DNA of 64,000 bases from Candidatus Bathyarchaeota archaeon (GTDB taxonomy: Archaea > Thermoproteota > Bathyarchaeia > TCS64). Positions 61,991 to 64,000 of the stretch are shown here, piece by piece. The stretch is from positions 160,001 through 224,000 of the forward strand of contig CAVYVF010000002.1 of NCBI GenBank assembly GCA_963771885.1, read 5' to 3'. A program made the translations under genes and the position numbers. The notes beneath the pieces are model-generated. The model saw nothing but the letters and a program-made list of their open reading frames with translations, was not told where the DNA came from and made no database searches. The first letter of the stretch is position 1. Each line of letters starts with the position of its first letter.

Positions 61991-62356
61991 CTAGAAGCTT
62001 ATTACGGCGTCAGCCTCTAGGAGAAGATCATTGAGTGTTGCCGCACCTACGATACCAGCGTCGCTCACAAAGCTACCCCTAGGAAGATTAAACAGCATAC
62101 AGCTCTGCTCACAAACCATAAGCTTCACACCGGCTTTAACCGCTTGATCCATGACCTCCTTCAGGCTCGGAAATCCCCCGATCTTTATCTTCTCGGCCTC
62201 ACCGGTTTTTACCACTGTAATTCCCTTTATTATGAAGTAGATTGTGGCTTCTATGCTCATGGCCGCGGCTGTTGAACCGAGGATGAAAGGTGCGTAAAGT
62301 CTCTCGGGTGTGTCTATTCCGCTTGTTTGGACGTAGAGTATCTTCTTCTTTACCAT
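61991..62356 (-). CDS. DsrE/DsrF-family protein
   Basis: PERLYAPF, AGVKLMVCEQS, VGAA. Confidence 0.85.
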   Translation of the reverse strand: MVKKKILYVQTSGIDTPERLYAPFILGSTAAAMSIEATIYFIIKGITVVKTGEAEKIKIGGFPSLKEVMDQAVKAGVKLMVCEQSCMLFNLPRGSFVSDAGIVGAATLNDLLLEADAVISF

Positions 62357-62484
62357 GTTTATCGTTTAGGAATACGAGGTTATATTGATATACCGAGATT
62401 CTTGGGTGAATGCTTTTTTAATGGTTGAATTCTACGCGCGAGCGAATAAAAACAGTATTTATACTGTTGAATGCGGTCAGAAGT

Positions 62485-62560
62485 TGGTAGCCCGGAAGAG
62501 ATTCGAACTCTTGTCAGAGGCTCCAGAGGCCCCGATCCTTGACCGCTAGACGACCGGGCT
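62485..62560 (-). tRNA. tRNA-Gln(CTG), CCA encoded
   Basis: AGCCCGGTCGTCTAGCGGTCAAGGATCGGGGCCTCTGGAGCCTCTGACAAGAGTTCGAATCTCTTCCGGGCTACCA folds as a cloverleaf. Confidence 0.95.
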
Positions 62561-62800
62561 ACTGCCGTTTCATAAACCCGGAGGGATAATATAAGAATAC
62601 CCCCATCTAACGCCACTTTCACATGCAGTGTACCCATCTATCAAAAAGGGCAAAACCTTAAATAATATCTTTTTAAGGATTTCTATGCCCCACGTGAACA
62701 GTTTTCGCATGCTTCCCGCAGGGCGGAGCATCTGCGATGGGCGCGAACAGAATGGTGATGCACAATCAAGCGAGGGCATAAGAGCCACGTCGATGGCGAG

Positions 62801-63694
62801 GACCGCTGCCCCGAGTGCGGGAGCGGGAACATGATACACGACGACGACTCGGGCGAGGTAATATGCGGCACCTGCGGACTCGTCGTAAAGGAATCCATGA
62901 TAAACGACGGGCCCGAGTGGCGCGCCTTCACACCCGGGGAGAAAGAGAGCAGGAGCCGCGTCGGGGTCCCCCTCAGCTTCGCCGTACACGACAAGGGGCT
63001 AACGACAGTAATTGGCCGCGTAGGAAAGGACGCCTACGGGCGCAACATACCCCTCAACACAAAGCTCCAGATGCTCAGGCTCCGAAAGTGGCAGATTCGC
63101 TCACGCGTGCACAGCTCTACGGACAGAAACCTCGCCCAAGCTATGGCTGAACTCGACCGACTCTGCGATAAACTCCACATCCCAGCAACCATCAAGGAGA
63201 GGGCCGCCATCATATACAGGAAAGCACTCGACACGGGCTTAGTAAGGGGGCGAAGTATCTCCGCCATCGCCGCCGCTGCCCTCTACGCAGCCTGCAGAAT
63301 AACCCAGACCCCTAGGACGCTCCGCGAGATAGCCCGACAGAGCCCCATAGAGAAGAAAGACATAGCCCGCTGCTACCGCCTAATGCTAAAAGACCTAAAC
63401 ATACAGATGCCAAAACCCGACGCCCAGCTCAGAGTCCCCAAAATAGCTGCAAAGGTCGGCGTAGGCGAGAAGACCCAGCAGGCAGCAGTAGAGATACTCC
63501 GCCGAGCCGAGAAAGTCCGAACCACCGCCGGCAAGGACCCCATGGGCCTCGCTGCCGCAGCCCTCTACATAGCCTGCGTCATGAACAACGAGAAACGCAC
63601 CCAGAAGGTAATTGCAGACGCCGCAGGCGTCACAGAGGTCACAATACGTAACAGGTACAAGGGACTCAAAGACGCCCTAGGACTCGAAGTATAA
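62801..63694 (+). CDS. tfb: transcription initiation factor IIB (TFB); true start upstream and out of frame
   Basis: CPECG..CGTCG zinc ribbon, GPEWRAF, two cyclin repeats, VTEVTIRNRYK. Confidence 0.95.
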   Translation, partial: DRCPECGSGNMIHDDDSGEVICGTCGLVVKESMINDGPEWRAFTPGEKESRSRVGVPLSFAVHDKGLTTVIGRVGKDAYGRNIPLNTKLQMLRLRKWQIRSRVHSSTDRNLAQAMAELDRLCDKLHIPATIKERAAIIYRKALDTGLVRGRSISAIAAAALYAACRITQTPRTLREIARQSPIEKKDIARCYRLMLKDLNIQMPKPDAQLRVPKIAAKVGVGEKTQQAAVEILRRAEKVRTTAGKDPMGLAAAALYIACVMNNEKRTQKVIADAAGVTEVTIRNRYKGLKDALGLEV

Positions 63695-63795
63695 TCACCA
63701 CCGAGTGTCTACAACAATCGACACACGACGAAAACCCCAAATTTTCTCAAAGAACAATATATATCTCAGAGCACTAATCGCAAGGGAGACACCCT

Positions 63796-64000
63796 ATGTC
63801 GGCAAAGGCAAAGACCCTGATCCTGTGCATAGACCAGGACGACGACATAGGTAAAAAGGGTGGAGTCCAAACACCGGTCGTCGGCGCATCGGCAAACCGT
63901 GAGGCGGCGGCGACACTCGCAATCGCTGACCCGGAGGAAGCCGACTCAAACGCGATGTTCGGCGCAATAAAACTCTACAAGGAACTAATTGTAAAGTACC
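63796..64000 (+). CDS. DUF373-family protein (partial)
   Basis: LILCIDQDDDIGKKGGVQTPVVG...DPEEADSNAMFGA. Confidence 0.85.
   Translation, partial: MSAKAKTLILCIDQDDDIGKKGGVQTPVVGASANREAAATLAIADPEEADSNAMFGAIKLYKELIVKY

Noticed and set aside
1..64000. Integrase, transposase, cas or defence genes; numerous antisense ORFs in the track
   Set aside because: No recognisable motifs for such genes; the antisense ORFs are shadows of well-supported genes

Overview
Archaeal genomic window. TFB, class I CCA-adding enzyme, ThpR, an A24 prepilin peptidase and DUF373 are present; the overall gene content suggests Bathyarchaeia, which is an inference. A GC-rich, mostly housekeeping block (~44.0-52.9 kb) and the TFB end (62.6-64 kb) separate two patchwork accessory regions (1-43.9 kb and 52.9-62.4 kb), each lying directly 3' of a tRNA gene (tRNA-Pro GGG, tRNA-Gln CTG). 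The accessory regions hold redox and amino-acid enzymes, a heliorhodopsin, two-component genes and a duplicated CsbD/lmo0937-type small stress-protein cassette. Four features stand out. (1) Short alternating purine-pyrimidine CGCG/GCGC tracts occur in most accessory intergenic spacers and coincide with breakpoints of truncated paralogue fragments. (2) A ~320-nt structured non-coding element is present in two copies. (3) A ~60-nt two-hairpin element with a promoter-like box is present in three copies plus one truncated copy. (4) A duplicated tRNA-Pro 3' end brackets a decarboxylase-GNAT-decarboxylase cassette. No integrase, transposase or CRISPR array was recognised. Several single-base frameshifts are probably sequencing errors.
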